Positions 62,896 to 64,000 of a DNA stretch of 64,000 nucleotides are shown here, one piece after another. The stretch's first letter is position 1; every line of letters starts with the position of its first letter. The position numbers and the translations under genes were made by a program. This DNA is from Fervidobacterium sp. (GTDB lineage: Bacteria; Thermotogota; Thermotogae; Thermotogales; Fervidobacteriaceae). The DNA is taken from contig JBMFNR010000002.1 in assembly GCA_049970055.1 (NCBI GenBank), forward strand, positions 212,406 through 276,405, given 5' to 3'. Below the pieces are notes generated by a model that was not told where the DNA came from, did not search any database, and saw only the letters and a program-made list of their open reading frames with translations.

Positions 62896-62909
62896 TTTTT
62901 CACCTCAGA

Positions 62910-63272
62910 TTATTTCATAAACTTTACAGTTCCCAGAGCCACGATCCAACCAAGTAAAAAGCCATATATAACCTCCATAAGAGTATGGCCTTTATTTGGA
63001 TCAACGTTTCTTCTCAAACCTACAGCATCAGCTGTTGTAATGGCCAAAAAGATGGCAGCTACCGCAGTTATTGGTGATCTAAAACCTTCAATATAACCAA
63101 CAGTCCAAGCCAAAGCCGACGTAGTTGCCACATGTGCACTTGGCATACCACCATATCTTCCAAACACTCTGATGTCTTTGTATATGATAACTTTTAAAAT
63201 TTGCGCTGCGAGAAAGCCAAAGAAAGCAGACACAAATGGCACATTTTGAGACAGTTCCAATATCCAACGCAT
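62910..63272 (-). CDS. Divergent PAP2 family (DUF212) membrane protein
   Basis: AQILK, GGMPSAH, DAVGLRR, GHTLMEV. Confidence 0.88.
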   Translation of the reverse strand: MRWILELSQNVPFVSAFFGFLAAQILKVIIYKDIRVFGRYGGMPSAHVATTSALAWTVGYIEGFRSPITAVAAIFLAITTADAVGLRRNVDPNKGHTLMEVIYGFLLGWIVALGTVKFMK

Positions 63273-63304
63273 ATTTAAGACTCCTTTGTGATTTAAACTT
63301 TTCA

Positions 63305-63733
63305 CTAAATTTCTTCTTTCTTTGGTGGAATTAGGTACTTCTTTTTCAAAAAAAGGAGGTTTCCTTCCTTAACATCTTTGAATTCCATAACATCGAATAT
63401 GCGTTGTATTATGTAAACACCAAGTCCTCCCGGTCTTATGTCGTCAAGGTCTCTTGATTTTATCTTGCTTGGGTCTACCCTTGGTCCAAAGTCCCTCAGT
63501 AATATTTCCAGTTCATTGGGATCTTTCCAATTCATGGTCATAACGATGTATTTTGGTTCTCCTTTGTACGTATGCTGAATTATATTTGCAATTGCTTCGT
63601 TGATTGCAAGTTCAGTATCGAAGATGTCCTTATCAAAGGCTCCTCGGAAAGAAAGGAATGTATGTAAGACCGCTCGTACCATTTTTATATTCTCAACAAG
63701 ACCAGGAAAGGAAATAGTTACCGTTTGATTCAA
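63305..63733 (-). CDS. Anti-sigma factor / Ser kinase (RsbW/SpoIIAB-like HATPase)
   Basis: ELAINEAIANIIQH N-box, DFG, GGLGVYII. Confidence 0.88.
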   Translation of the reverse strand: MNQTVTISFPGLVENIKMVRAVLHTFLSFRGAFDKDIFDTELAINEAIANIIQHTYKGEPKYIVMTMNWKDPNELEILLRDFGPRVDPSKIKSRDLDDIRPGGLGVYIIQRIFDVMEFKDVKEGNLLFLKKKYLIPPKKEEI

Positions 63734-63752
63734 ATTACAACCTCCCCTTTGT

Positions 63753-64000
63753 TTATCTTTTTCCTATACTACGTTCGTACTTTGTTAATATAATTCCTAA
63801 GGCTACTTTTTCTATATTTCTTGCTGGATTGAAGTAAGTTTTTTCTTTAAATTCGTTTAGTTTCTTTATTATGAGACCAATGTATTGCTCGTTGATATCA
63901 GAAAACAGTACGTAATTTAAAAGCTCATACCATTTGCTTAGATCAACGTCACTTTGCAGTGCAAGCTTCGGTAAATCTTTGTAGCTTCCATTATTGAACC
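63753..64000 (-). CDS. Hypothetical protein, 3' end only (start outside window)
   Basis: Open frame FNNGSYKDLPKLALQ...TKYERSIGKR* ending just before the anti-sigma factor SD. Confidence 0.7.
   Translation of the reverse strand, partial: FNNGSYKDLPKLALQSDVDLSKWYELLNYVLFSDINEQYIGLIIKKLNEFKEKTYFNPARNIEKVALGIILTKYERSIGKR

Overview
Chromosomal window from a Thermotogae bacterium, most likely Fervidobacterium (judged from the EF-Tu sequence, small-type PurL, maltosyltransferase and lineage-style L4/L22). The left third is metabolic and accessory: MFS, CYTH-copZ-copA, CHASE4/GAF/GGDEF cyclase, PfkB kinase, oppABCDF, a GH130 remnant, a non-catalytic 2xCBM48-DOMON-like protein, a frameshifted ldh divergent from an Fe-ADH with two Rex-like boxes, a flavodoxin / encapsulin-type ferritin / Zn-phospholipase C / DUF3298 / MFS cluster, and a maltosyltransferase. 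The centre holds three tRNAs and the fused str-S10-spc-alpha ribosomal superoperon, then tig-clpP-yebC-orf-cheR-lspA-rluD. The right part has two HD-GYP genes around tRNA-Pro, a secreted coiled-coil protein, a uraA-purKECSQL operon behind a PyrR-type RNA element, and an rsbW-PAP2-slt-ABC cluster. I saw no CRISPR array, rRNA, transposase or prophage. Best leads: an encapsulin-cargo ferritin with no targeting peptide or shell gene, purine genes behind a pyrimidine (PyrR) leader, a probable CTG start for infA, and a switch-like RNA at the rplC-rplD junction. All calls come from reading the sequence by eye; no searches were run.
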